Below, one piece after another: positions 11,991 through 24,005 of a stretch of DNA of 61,747 bases. The notes beneath the pieces are model-generated. The model saw only the letters and a list, made by a program, of their open reading frames with translations, did no database searches and was not told where the DNA came from. The stretch is from Octopus bimaculoides (lineage: Eukaryota): positions 101,959,905 through 102,021,651 of the forward strand of contig NC_068984.1 in the NCBI RefSeq assembly GCF_001194135.2. The letters are read 5' to 3'. The stretch's first letter is position 1. Every line of letters starts with the position of its first letter. The translations under genes were made by a program, and so were the position numbers.

Positions 11991-13890
11991 CCGAATGCTA
12001 AAGGGTAAAGATTGACAAACTGCCCTTATCAAGTCTCTTAATTTTTAAAAACCCTGTTAACCACAAGGTTATTAGAATACTATACTGAAGATTTTCTTCC
12101 TCACATAGTGTTGAACTTTCATGTCTTTCTCCTAAATGTTAGTGACACATTCAATTAATCTTCAAACACTCGTCAAAATAACAAACTTGAAACACTTTAC
12201 TTTATAGGTTTACTTTTTGACAAAGCAAATTGTATTTTATTTTCTACTCAATGCTAAAAATTAGGTAAGTTAGCACTGGTGTCATGAATTTTAAAATTTG
12301 TTTTGATATCTCTGATGTCATACATTAATTTTTATCTGTTGCAGGTATTCCAAGTTTAGTCTTACCTACAAGACACAATTCATCAGGAAATGCACATTTT
12401 AAAGCCAAAAAGTAAATTAATTTTTTTTACATTTGTTTGAAAATATTCATGAATTATTTGATATAAAAATGGATTACTGTATTTATGACAAAACATTAGT
12501 TCCAACATTAAACTCTGACTCTGTAGTTCAGTTAGATTAAATATCTGCTTAATCCCTGACTTTACAATACAATAACCAAACACCAGCTTTCTCATGACAA
12601 AGCTATTTTACTATATTCTTCATTACTTTCAAACTTAATTGAAACAAAAGCAGTGAATGGCAGTAGAAATATGGTAACAAAAGCATTAACATTATAATAA
12701 TTTGTTTTTGTAATATTGCTAAAATGTAAACTTCAAAGCAAAGTATGTGGTCAAAATTAAGGGAAAAAAACCCTTTAGTAAATAAAGTTGCTGTATTTTG
12801 TCTGATCCATGCAAGCATGATGGAGTGGATGTTAAATGAGTGGCACTCACTGCCACCACTGCCTGGGTGATTGTGGTGGTGATTGATAATCACCATTCTC
12901 TAAATCAGGATTGTATTTGCACCCCAGCCCTTTAGCATTCAGATTAGTCTGTCAAAAGTAATACTATTTATCTATATTGTTTTCATTTAATCATGTATTG
13001 TATTGTAGCTTTGAGATCTCAATAATCATCATCATCATCATCGTTTAACGTCCGCTTTCCATGCTAGCATGGGTTGGACGATTTGACTGAGGACTGGTGA
13101 ACCAGGTGGCTACACCAGGCTTCAATCTGATTTGGCAGAATTTCTACAGCTGGATGCCCTTCCTAACGCCAACCATTCCGAGAGTGTAGTGGGTGCTTTT
13201 ACGTGTCACCGGTACGAAGGCCAGTCAGGCGGTACTGGCAAAGGCCATGCCCAAAATGGTGTATTTTACGTGCCACCTGCACAGGAGCCAGTCCAGCGGC
13301 ACTGGCAACAATCTCGCTCGAATATCTTTTCACATGCCACCGGCACAAGTGCCAGGAAGGCGACGCTGGTAACGATCACGCTCAAATGATATGTTTGTTT
13401 ATTTTTAGAATGACATTGTAGGATAGGTGTGAGAGGCCGGACCTGGCTGATTTAAACATAATACAGGTTGAATATTTGGGCCAGATATAGCTAGTTTAAA
13501 CACTAAAGGGTTAAATGTTGGTGGTCTTTAAGAAAGCAGACAAATTAGTTTCATTGATAGCTTTTATCTTTGATACCTTTCTTTTAGAATCTTATTATAA
13601 TTTCATCATTTTGTTCTTTGTACTACACCATCTGCTCATCATTATATTTCTTCTCTTGGATAATTTATTTTTGATAGTTTCACTGTTATTTAAGGGTTAT
13701 GAAGTAAATAGATTTATTAACTCCCAAGATAATTAATAACATAAAGGCACAGGCATGACTTTGGGGTAAGAAGCTTACTTCCCAACCACATGATTTCAGG
13801 TTCAGTCTCACTGGGCAAGTGCCTTCTACAATAGCTCTGGGCCAACCAAAGCCTTGTGAGTGGATTTGGTAGACAGAATCTGCAAGAAGC

Positions 13891-13929
<39 letters not shown>

Positions 13930-14831
13930 TAAATATACAGGGATTAGCATTGAGTTGCTTCTCCAACATACTGAAAATTTAGAAATAGCAGTCAAAAAAC
14001 TACTGATTCTAAACTACAAATTTTTCTCTAAATGGATGGCGATATTTATGGCGCACATAGAACAAAAAACCAGAGTGAAAAGCAAAAACAAACCTGCCTT
14101 TAGTTAATTGGATACGAACGTTTCGCGGTTAAGATATTAATCTATTCCGTCTCATCAGCCCAATATTCTGATAAATCTGAAAGTGTCTCTAAAAAATTCA
14201 CGGTAATTTCTGGCCATGCGACGCCAAAAATCAACGAGAAGAAAAGGCACTTACGAATTCATCGGCTNNNNNNNNNNNNNNNNNNNNNNNNNNNNNNNNN
14301 NNNNNNNNNNNNNNNNNNNNNNNNNNNNNNNNNNNNNNNNNNNNNNNNNNNNNNNNNNNNNNNNNNNNNNNNNNNNNNNNNNNNNNNNNNNNNNNNNNNN
14401 NNNNNNNNNNNNNNNNNNNNNNNNNNNNNNNNNNNNNNNNNNNNNNNNNNNNNNNNNNNNNNNNNNNNNNNNNNNNNNNNNNNNNNNNNNNNNNNNNNNN
14501 NNNNNNNNNNNNNNNNNNNNNNNNNNNNNNNNNNNNNNNNNNNNNNNNNNNNNNNNNNNNNNNNNNNNNNNNNNNNNNNNNNNNNNNNNNNNNNNNNNNN
14601 NNNNNNNNNNNNCATTTATCATCGTAAATATACAGGGATTAGCATAACTACTTGGCAAAATTGTTAATTATTAATTCTATTACTAATTGACGATTCCCTG
14701 CCCTTATTCTTGTATATATATATATATAGATAAACTTACGTGGAAATGGATGCGTGACATTCAATCAGATGATAATATAAATAATGTATATATATATATA
14801 TACATGCATATATACTTACATATATATTATT

Positions 14832-14872
<41 letters not shown>

Positions 14873-17800
14873 TGTGTGTCTGTGTTTGTCCCCTACCACC
14901 ACTTGACAACTGGTGCTGGTGTTTATGTCCCATAAGTTAGCGGTTTGGCAAAAGAGACAAATAGAATAAGTACCACTGTTTTGTCTTATCAAAGTAGTAT
15001 GCATCTCCTGACAATGCAGTTGTTTTGGGAATTTCATTTAAAACCAATATCTTCAGTTGGGGATTCCTCAGCCTATCTAGTTAGTTTTCAGCTTCATAAA
15101 TTATCTACAGTTTAGATGTGCCCTGTAAGTTGGAATTATGTTTCATTCATGTAAAATCTAATTTTTTCTAGTCATTCTAAGATCTTACAGTAAATGGTTG
15201 GACTTTGTTTTACCAATGTAGTATAAAGATAGTGCAATATGTCCAGCTCACCATACTGTTCAAATCCATTCTTCACCACGTAAAGATTTCGGAGTGGTCT
15301 CCATTAACCTTGTTTTATTTGTGTGGATTAGTAATGGTTGTCCTCATCAGAGAGTGTAATTTTAATTAAAGAGAATTTCTTGGCTTATTACAAGAAGCAA
15401 GCTTAACATCCACCATGTCTGTGTCTTCACAGATGGAGATATAGACATATTCAGACTCAGACACATGCACATATATACTTACAGACAGACATACATTAGT
15501 GTGTGTGTGTATTTTTGAAGTCTGCTTTACATTTGTGAAAGAGTGTGTGTGTTTACATGTCTAAGTTTAGGTGTTTCCTGTTGGTTGGCAACAACAGCTC
15601 AGATTTATATATAATGTAAAGACATTCGAGCGAGATCGTTGCCAATGCCACTGGACTGGCTCCTGTGTAGGTGGCACGTAAAATACACCATTTTGAGCAT
15701 GGCCGTTGCCAGTACTGCCTGACTGGCCTTCGTGCTGGTGGCACGTAAAAGCACCCACTATACTCTCGGAGTGGTTGGTGTTAGGAAGGCCATCCAGCTG
15801 TAGAAACTCTGCCAAAATCAGATTGGAGCCTAGTGTAGCCATCTGGTTCACCAGTCCTCAGTCAAATCGTCCAACCCATGCTAGCATGGAAAGCAGACGT
15901 TAAATGATGATGATGATGGATTCATTTCAAGACATTAACCTATACTCTAATAAAGGAAATTGTGTTTGTATCTGTTTATAGCATAATCAGTAAATTGAAA
16001 ATCATTTTTATTTACATTACAGAAATGTTTTGGTAGGAAAAACTGATGATGATATGACATTCGTTTGTTGGCATCCAGAAATCCCTTTTCCATATGAATA
16101 TAGTAAGGTGAGGTGACATTTTTACTTCCTTAGTTTTATATTCATTTTTAATTATTGCATAATTAAATCATCATTGCATGGGTTGAACAGGTTTCAGGGT
16201 CTCACTACTTGGTGCAATCCTTCCCCCTCTGGTACACATAGCAACAGAGGGAATTGGCCATCTGTGTAATTTATATCGTGCTTTTAGCATGATTCTTATA
16301 GCTGTATACCCTTTTATAATACCAACCACACTAAGTGCATTTTGTCATACAACTAGCTCTAGAGAGGTTGTCACTGACAAATGAGACTCCTGCTATTCTA
16401 CATCACTTCCGTTCAGTCCTTCCTTTTCTACATTTATTAACTCCTAAAGTCCCATGCGCCTAGAAACTACAACTATTGCAATGTACTGTAACCGCAATTT
16501 AAAGAGTGTTATTCTTTAGAGTCAAAAAGCATGAAGTAAGCACTTTTCTGTGCAAGGAACAAAATTTAGCATCATTCTAGAAAGAAATTCTTGTCAAAAG
16601 ACTTCCCATTTACACTATGTACATTTATTTTTTGTGGTTTATTAAGAGAATTTCGTTGAATTCTTTTCTTCCTTTAGTTTTCACATATCATGGTAGGTAG
16701 CAGCTCAAGCAGTGAGTTAGAATTTCTTGGTATTATATATTAATGACATATTTATTATTATTTATCAATGATTTAATTGGAGAAAAAGAGCTTGGACTTA
16801 GAGAAAACAATCAGAGAAATATTTCAATGTCATCTACACATGTTAGTCATCTAAGTGATTGTGACTGCAATTTATAGTGAGATTTATCCATTCTTAGAAG
16901 GGGTGGAATGATCATGTAGTTAAAAGCATTACATCAATGCTTTCATTAGTGATCTGGCACCTTTTCACTTAGAAAGCAAAGCTCATTGTATATTTTCTGC
17001 AACTTTTTTCCTGAAAGATGGACAGTGAGATCACAAAATATGTATGTCAAACAGGTCAACACAACTTTTATTACATAAATGGAGATTGTGGTATATCTCA
17101 ATGGTTTTCAGATGATAGTTATGCAGCTTCCAAGTTACAGTGACCACTGGCATACAAATTAAGCTCTGAGACAGGTAATCAATGCCCAGAAATTAACATC
17201 TCATAAATATGTTGCAGCATCTATGTGTAATAACTTATTTGTATTCAACCTACCTGGGCAAGTGACAGTAACATGACAACAGGTAAAATTTACATTCACA
17301 ATGCTCACCAAATTTCATAAAAATTCATACAATAATTATATTTTTATGATTTTTATCCTAGACCAACTACATTTTCTCAAACTTTCCAGTTTCTAACAGA
17401 ACTGGGAGGTTTATTTAGAAGAAGCACTACAAGAATTTAAGTGTTGATATAATTTATTTTTAATTTCTGTTTTTTTTTTTTTATTCTGTAATTTTGTATT
17501 ATTTTTACCATTCTTTCTTTATAGCCACTCCCTCGGAAACTCCCAGAGATTCAAGAGGTTTGTAAAAATATTTACTTCAATTCTAATTTGCAAACATAAA
17601 GTTCTGGCAACTCTTTGAATTTGTTCAGGAGAATTTAACCAATCTATTGAGAAAATGATTTTGTAAGAATTAAGTTGAAGGCTGCTGAAATGTTAATCAT
17701 TACATATCATATTATAAATGATCTTACTCTGAGAAAACATAAAATAATAATAAAGTGATTAATATGAGATATTTGAATATTTTAAAGACTAATTTGCATC

Positions 17801-20800
17801 TAAATTTAGGTAACTCCTTAATTTGTTTTATGTTTGGTTAAATTTGTAATTCCTGTATTTCTATCACAAACTTTCATTTTCGGTAGAGTGGTTAAGATGT
17901 TAGACTATAATTTCAAAGAAGTGTTTGAGAAATTCAGTTACTGCAAGGTGGAAGGAATTTTATATTTCAAACTTTTGTCCTTCATTTGAGGAGACAGAAG
18001 ATAGTTGCAGACAGATGAAGTGAAGGGGTGCCTGGAGAAAGAAGGATGAAGAATCTAAAACTTGATTCTACAAGGAGACAATACTTCAAATGATATAGAG
18101 GGAGGAGGAGATGATCAAGTTGAGAATAGAAGTGGTGGAGATGGTCAGATTTAATCTGTGATTATTTCAAACAATGCACTGTACTATTAAGCAAGTTATG
18201 TTACTCTCTTTAGACAATCTACCAATAAAAAACAGATAAGATAGATTTCTCTTTGTTAGGGAAGAAATCCAACTTCACTAGAAATTCATACAAAAATTTA
18301 TAATAGCCAGTACAGAACTAACTAACCTGAGTTAGTTTAATAAAAACAGAAATAAAAAATATCTGTTGCTTTTGAGTATGTGTATGATTTACATGAATTC
18401 AGCAAGAGTAGGTCAGCCACCATTAATGGTAACCTTCTGAACCTGTTACTAAATATCTCTGATATTATACATTACATTTGTGAAGTCAACTTTCCATTTC
18501 ATTCTTCCAAATTCAAAACCAATGTAATCACATCGCTCATTTCTTCTTCTGTTCTTTACAAATGTTGGTTTGTTTTGATTCCCCAGATTTATACAGTTTG
18601 GTGAATGGGGCTGTGTGGTAGTCATGCTTTTTTAGGGGTGTCAGTGAATGAAAATACAGGCATCTTCTGTACTATGGAAACATGCTTTCTCATTTAATTT
18701 TGATGTTCATTGATTTCCATGCAATATAGAAGATAACAGGAAAATAGGTTTTATGTTAGGGAATTCCATATGAAAAAACGTTTTCAGGAATGTAATGTTT
18801 CCTTATTGTGGAAGATGTAGTTAAAGACATGAGTCTGCTCACTACATAGTTTATCTCTTAATCTTTAGTGAGAGACACTTATAATTACTACAAAAAGATA
18901 TCATTATTATTTTCATTTGTCTTTTGTCTATTAAATATGAAATGATTTATAACTTTACTCTTGTCTGTTTAAACAATATTATTCTTTCAGGCTGAATCTC
19001 CAATGAAAGTACAGCATCTCCTGGCAGAAAAACTACGTCTCAGACCAGATGGACCAACAAACCAGGAACTTGCCAACATATTCTTCACAACAAAACACCG
19101 ATGGTATCCAAAGTAAGTCAACTTAAATAATAAATGAGTTTACTATAGATTTCTGGTGAGTGACATAAACCTAACAGCATGTAGTTGGGGCTCAGTAGCT
19201 ACATATAATCTTGGGAGAACTATGAACTGAAAGTTGAGTGAACCAGCAGAAGTGTTAAGGCCACATCCCCTGGTGAATAGGATTGACTTGCAAGAGTCCT
19301 GTGCCAGCACCACATAAAGAGCACGTGTGCCAATACTACATAAAGCACTTATGGTGCCACGTTAAAAGCATCCAGCACACATTTGTGAAGTGACTGGCAT
19401 TAGGAAGGGCATTCAACCATAGAAACCATGCCAAATCAGACTTGAACCTGGTGCAGCTCTCCTGCTTGCCAGCCCTGGTCAAACCATTCAGCCCATGCCA
19501 GCATGACTTGGCAGAGTCATTAAGGTGTCAAATAAAAGGTATGTCTTGTAGCATTTGTTCCAGTTCTCTGCCTTCTGCTTTCAAATCTTACTGAGGTCAA
19601 TTTCATCCTTCATCTTTTTGGAATCAATACCTAAAGAACCAGAGCAGTGCTGGACTGACTCTACTCTGTCTTCATCTTTAGAAGAATTTAACTGGTTAAG
19701 CCTTTAGTGTTCGGATTATTCTGTCAAATATAATGCTTATTTATTCAATTGTTTTGTATTAATCATGCATTTGAAATTTTAATGAAGTGATTGCTTATTT
19801 TTAGAATGACTTTGTAGGGTAGATGTGAGAGGCCAGATCTAGCCAGTTTCAACATAAACCAGGTAGAATATTTTGACCGGATATGGCCAGTTTAAATGCC
19901 AAAGGGTTAAACAAAGACAGATGAACTCTGCCAAATTTTAAAATACCCAAGACACATTGTATGTTACGACAGTACCCTTGCAACTCCAGTAGTTGAAGGC
20001 CCAAAACCATTCTGTCATTGTACCACCTTTACCAGCTGCAATTCACACTTAATATATTTATACAATTTGGATACTGAAAAATCAATGAGTTTCTCTGGTG
20101 ATTAATCAATTCCAGTATTAACCATTTTAAAAGTGGTGAGCTGGCAGAATGGTTAACAGCATTTCATTTGTCTTTATGTTCTGAATTCAAATTCCACTGA
20201 GGTCAGCTTTGCCTTTCATTCCTTTTGGGGTCAATAAAATAAGTACCAGTTGAACACTGGGGTTGGTGTAATTGACTTATCCCCTCCCCTGAAATTGCTG
20301 GCCTTGTGTCAAAATTTGAAACTAACATAAGTAAATCTGATGAATGCTAGAAGACTAATATAATAGAGGTTCAAGTCTATAGATCATTCCTATAATATAG
20401 AAATATCTTTAGATTTATTAACCAACACAGTATATAATGACAGTTGTAAACATTATGGCCATAAACAATATGTCGTTCATGGACTGCCATATTGCTTACA
20501 ATTGTTGTAACACATAGTGTTGGTAAATAAATCTATTGATGTGTTCTATAGTACATTATGATAATAAAAGAAAGCAATGTTAACACAGAAGTAATTTTTT
20601 TGTCTTATAAGTATGTCTGTGTGGTTAAGAAGCTCACTTTGCAGTCACCTGGTGGGTTCAGCAAATGTTTTCAACTATAGCCTCAGGCTGACCTGTGCCT
20701 TAAGTGAATTTAGTAGACAGAAACTGCATGGAAACCAGTTATATATGTATGCATGTATGTTTGCGTGTGTCCACCACTAATTGACAACTGGTTAGTACGC

Positions 20801-20943
20801 TTACATCCCCATCACTTAGTAGTTTGGCAAAAGAGACTGATAGAATAAGTACCAGAATTAAAAAATGAGTACAGGGATCAATTTGTTCATCTAAAGGCAT
20901 TGCCCCAGCTTGGTTGCAATCCAATGACTGGAACAGGTAAAAG

Positions 20944-20980
<37 letters not shown>

Positions 20981-22835
20981 TAGGGTTGACAAAAAATGTT
21001 CTATCGGTTTTCTAAGCGAAAATACAAGCTTTAAACACAAAGAGGTTTATTCAATCAATGATATAATTAATGTTTTATTCCAGTATTTTCTGCCATCTTG
21101 TTGGCAGATCCATTATTGTATGCTCAAAGAATTTCCTATCTTTACTGGTGAAACACTCTTCCATGTGAATTTTTATGTCCTCCTCGGAGTTGAAGGCCTA
21201 ACCATTCAAAACTGGTGGAAATCTGAAGGCACAAGGTCAGGCAAATATAGAGGATGCAACAAAACTTCCCAGCTAACTTCCAATAACTTCTGCCACGTCT
21301 GCATAGAAGTGTGCTGTTTGGCATTGTTATGATGAAAGACAATGCTCTTGCAATTAGCTAGTGCTGGACGTTTTGGGTGGATCACTGCATTTAATTTGTC
21401 CAGCTGGTCACAGTACACATCCAAACTGATGGTCATTTTTCATGGGAAGAAGCTTGTAAAAGACAACACCCTTCCAATCCCTCCAAATTGAAATCATAAC
21501 TTTCTCTGGGTGGAGTCCTGCTTTGGAGGTTGTTTGTAATGGTTTGCTGCACTTCACATTGTTATAGACTGATCAATTTTTCATCCCCTGTCACCATTCT
21601 CTTCAAAAAAAGATTATTTTCTTCACTTTTCTGAAATGGATCGCAGATGGAAATCCGTTGGGCAAAGTTAGCCTTATTTCATTATTCTATTGATGTGTGT
21701 GACCCAAAAATCAAGCCTGCTGATATAACCAAGTTGATGGAGATGATTCTCAACACTCGATTTGGATATTTGGGGAATATCTGCAATCATCCTAGTCATA
21801 TAACAGGGGTTAGTATTACAGTTAATCTCAGGTGACTGGCCAGAGTGAGTTGCATCTTGATCCAAAGCATTTTCTGATTTTGAAATCTTGAAAACCACTT
21901 CTGGAACACATGTTCTGTAACAGCATCTTTTCCATACACAGTGCATAGCTTTCTGCTGCTTTCTTGCTTTTTTTACTATGTTGAAAAGAAGATGATATAA
22001 TAATGGCTAGAATGTCATTATTTGTAAATCTGCTTAAAGAAGGTTAATCCTGTAGCATTTAAACTGGCCCAAATATTCTACCTGTTTTCTGTTCAAATCA
22101 TCTCGATCCAGTCTCTCACTCCTTTCCTTCAATAACATCCTCAGAATAAGCAACCACATCATTCATTACATTTTCAAAGCTACAAGATAATACTTGATAA
22201 ATTCAAAACAATGTAAATAAATAACCATTACAATTGACAGTGTAATCATCATCATCATCATCATCATCATATACCATGTGTTGAACGGTTTGACAGGAGC
22301 CAGCTAGGCAGAAGACTACACCAGGCTTCTGTGTCTGTTTTGACATGGTGTTTATAGTTGGATGCCCTTCCTAATACCAACCACCCCACAGAGTGGACTG
22401 AGTGCTTTCTACATGGCACCAGCACAGGCGAGGTAATTTTTTGCATGGTTTTTACAGCTGGATGCCATTCCAAATGCCAACCACTTGACTGGATGCTTTT
22501 TACATGGCACCAGCAAGGTCACCAAGTAACTTGCAAGACAAGGAATCTGTGAGAGGGGAGGGATCATTGAAGGATGTGATCTTGTGTCAAATGATGAAAG
22601 GTTAGTGTGGCAGAGACAGAGAGGCAAAAATAGGTGTCTTGCTATAGAGAAGGTACATGGTTACCTGGCCAGAGAGAGAGAGAGTAATCTGTATGCTAAA
22701 GGGCTAAACATTTTTGAAGATAATCATGTCATGTAAAATAGGTAACATTTGTGTAATAACATTTCTTCCTGTCATTTCAGGCCACAGAAAAAATACAAAA
22801 AACCAAATGAACCAAAAGACAGAGACAGACTTTGA
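7699..22835 (+). CDS. MRPL42: Mitochondrial ribosomal protein L42 (mL42); join(7699..7753,12345..12411,16023..16107,17525..17557,18991..19112,22781..22835), 138 aa
   Basis: Spliced ORF with GT-AG introns and compatible phases: MTQVSKCIISVLQRPKISGIPSLVLPTRHNSS...MTFVCWHPEIPFPYEYSKPLP...GPTNQELANIFFTTKHRWYPKPQKKYKKPNEPKDRDRL*. Motifs CWHP..PYE.SKP, FFTTKHRWYP and PKDR match the mL42 family. The N-terminus resembles a mitochondrial presequence. Confidence 0.92.
9035..9204 (+). mobile_element. tRNA-derived SINE head, family B (other copies ~13747-13900+, 20610-20740+, 24000-24155-, 34240-34390-, 34600-34745-, 46040-46180-, 60100-60240-)
   Basis: Recurrent ggtaag..gcttcccaaccacatggttcc.g.ttcagtccca..ggcaagtgtcttct.ctatagcc..ggtagac.gaaactgaaagaa, followed by (AT)n. 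Confidence 0.8.
9343..9570 (-). mobile_element. Non-autonomous Helitron 3' end
   Basis: Minus strand ends GAGCAATGCCAGGTATCTCTGCTAG|T, the same terminus as at 53061 and 61351. Confidence 0.65.
12345..12411 (+). CDS. MRPL42: MRPL42 coding exon 2
   Basis: ctgttgcag| acceptor, |gtaaat donor; IPSLVLPTRHNSSGNAHFKAK; in phase with exon 3. Confidence 0.82.
12928..13510. mobile_element. piggyBac-type MITE (CCCTTTAG TIRs) interrupted by an RTE-tailed repeat at ~13024-13388
   Basis: CCCTTTAGCATT...ACTAAAGGG|TTAA. Uninterrupted copies are ~220 bp. Confidence 0.75.
13026..13390 (-). mobile_element. RTE-tailed SINE-like repeat, family D (other copies ~15618-15918, 19290-19505, 22250-22680, 23085-23310, 35735-36070, 36370-36700, 46510-46780)
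   Basis: Element strand ends ...ccaacccatgctagcatggaaagcggacgttaaa(cga)(TGA)n. This tail matches the 3' end of the RTE LINE remnant at ~30390. Confidence 0.75.
14107..14164 (-). ncRNA. Type I hammerhead ribozyme motif (Penelope/retrozyme-like)
   Basis: Minus strand reads ATTGGG-CTGATGA-GACGG..AGAT-TAAT-ATCT..CCGC-GAAA-C-GTTC-G-TA|TCCAAT. Full catalytic core, 6-bp stem I, G10.1-C11.1 closing stem II, 2-bp stem III, GUA cleavage triplet. Confidence 0.8.
14268..14612. other. Assembly gap (other gaps: 2485-2754, 7120-7262, 9205-9334, 23503-23971, 39062-~39465)
   Basis: Runs of N. Confidence 0.99.
16023..16107 (+). CDS. MRPL42: MRPL42 coding exon 3
   Basis: ttacag| ... |gtgagg; NVLVGKTDDDMTFVCWHPEIPFPYEYSK. 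Confidence 0.95.
17525..17557 (+). CDS. MRPL42: MRPL42 coding exon 4
   Basis: ctttatag| ... |gtttgt; PLPRKLPEIQE. Confidence 0.88.
18991..19112 (+). CDS. MRPL42: MRPL42 coding exon 5
   Basis: ctttcag| ... |gtaagt; AESPMKVQHLLAEKLRLRPDGPTNQELANIFFTTKHRWYP. Confidence 0.95.
19700..19906. mobile_element. piggyBac-type MITE
   Basis: TTAA|GCCTTTAG ... CCAAAGGG|TTAA. Confidence 0.75.
20131..20325 (+). mobile_element. tRNA-derived SINE, family A (other copies ~30822-31004-, 40145-40290-, 43505-43700-, 45050-45520-, 47595-48010+)
   Basis: GGTGGTGAGCTGGCAGAAT (A-box-like) ... GAGTTCAAATTCC (B-box-like) ... tttgcctttcatcctt..ggggtc.ataaaataagtaccagttgaacactgggg. Confidence 0.8.
20760..20945 (+). mobile_element. 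SINE 3' module, family C; usually follows a family B head across a microsatellite (other copies ~14870-14975, 34000-34210-, 34410-34530-, 41420-41620, 44450-44640, 44690-44890, 59840-60010-)
   Basis: Recurrent ttgacaactggt..cttag..gtttggcaaaagagac.gatagaataagtacca...ccagcatggc..cagtc.aatgactgaaacaagtaaaaga. Confidence 0.75.
20981..21990 (-). mobile_element. Decayed mariner (Tc1/mariner DD34D) transposon in MRPL42 intron 5
   Basis: Peptides IVFHHNNAKQHTS..WEVLLHPLYLPDLVPSDFHQF (cf. HDNARPH / YSPDLAPSD) and SG..P..TRMIADIPQISKSSVENHLHQLG..LDFWVTH; multiple frameshifts. Confidence 0.85.
22048..22703. mobile_element. piggyBac-type MITE interrupted by a family D repeat
   Basis: TTAA|TCCTGTAGCATTT ... 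ATGCTAAAGGG|CTAA. The insert is flanked by AGTGTAATC/AGAGTAATC. Confidence 0.65.
22781..22835 (+). CDS. MRPL42: MRPL42 last coding exon
   Basis: catttcag| acceptor; PQKKYKKPNEPKDRDRL then TGA at 22833-22835. Confidence 0.92.
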
Positions 22836-22903
22836 TTTACAACTTTACCTTTGTTTTATTTTACCCTTTTGTAATGATAGATTAATAAGGATATTTTTTA
22901 GAA

Positions 22904-22909
22904 AATAAA
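22904..22909 (+). promoter_or_regulatory. Candidate MRPL42 polyadenylation signal AATAAA
   Basis: First AATAAA, ~70 nt after the stop, followed by T/GT-rich sequence. Confidence 0.5.
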
Positions 22910-23971
22910 ATATTAAGAAATATCATCATCTTGTTGTTGAAGGGATTCTTTTGTTGTTTGTCAACCATTTTCTGATAACTGCGAATGGAATTGTTTTTGT
23001 TTGAGAATTTTTACTATATTTGGGTCTTTAACTGTAGAACTTAATGTAGATAAAGATTTAGATAATAGCATGTAAATCATCATTGTCATCATTTAATGTT
23101 TGTTTTCCATGTTGGCATGGGTTAGACGGTAAGCTGGAGTGTTGCGCCAGGCTCCAATCTGTTTTGACTTGGTTTCTGTGGCTGGATGTCCTTCCTAATG
23201 CCAACCACTCCACAGAGTGTACTGGGTGCCTTTTACGTGCCACTGACATGAGTGCCTTTTATGCATCACCAACACGGGTGTCATTCACGTGTCACCAGCC
23301 ATGACCACAATTTCACTTAGCTTGACAAGTAAATATTGAGTTAAGGAACTTTTGAATTGAAGAAGTTGAAGGCTGCCTGTGGGACTTGAACACACATCTT
23401 CTGAAAACATGATGGATGTTCTGCTGCTGCACCAAAGCAATCCTTTGAAATTCTCTACCCATTTTAGAAACTTTGTTCTTACCAGCGAGAATTGTAAGTT
23501 GTNNNNNNNNNNNNNNNNNNNNNNNNNNNNNNNNNNNNNNNNNNNNNNNNNNNNNNNNNNNNNNNNNNNNNNNNNNNNNNNNNNNNNNNNNNNNNNNNNN
23601 NNNNNNNNNNNNNNNNNNNNNNNNNNNNNNNNNNNNNNNNNNNNNNNNNNNNNNNNNNNNNNNNNNNNNNNNNNNNNNNNNNNNNNNNNNNNNNNNNNNN
23701 NNNNNNNNNNNNNNNNNNNNNNNNNNNNNNNNNNNNNNNNNNNNNNNNNNNNNNNNNNNNNNNNNNNNNNNNNNNNNNNNNNNNNNNNNNNNNNNNNNNN
23801 NNNNNNNNNNNNNNNNNNNNNNNNNNNNNNNNNNNNNNNNNNNNNNNNNNNNNNNNNNNNNNNNNNNNNNNNNNNNNNNNNNNNNNNNNNNNNNNNNNNN
23901 NNNNNNNNNNNNNNNNNNNNNNNNNNNNNNNNNNNNNNNNNNNNNNNNNNNNNNNNNNNNNNNNNNNNNNN

Positions 23972-24005
<34 letters not shown>

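Noticed and set aside
13132-13421. Short ORFs in SINE and microsatellite sequence (e.g. [15 protein letters not shown]…, YIYIYI and HTHT runs)
   Set aside because: They recur in every copy of the repeat or are translated microsatellites; no evidence of real coding.
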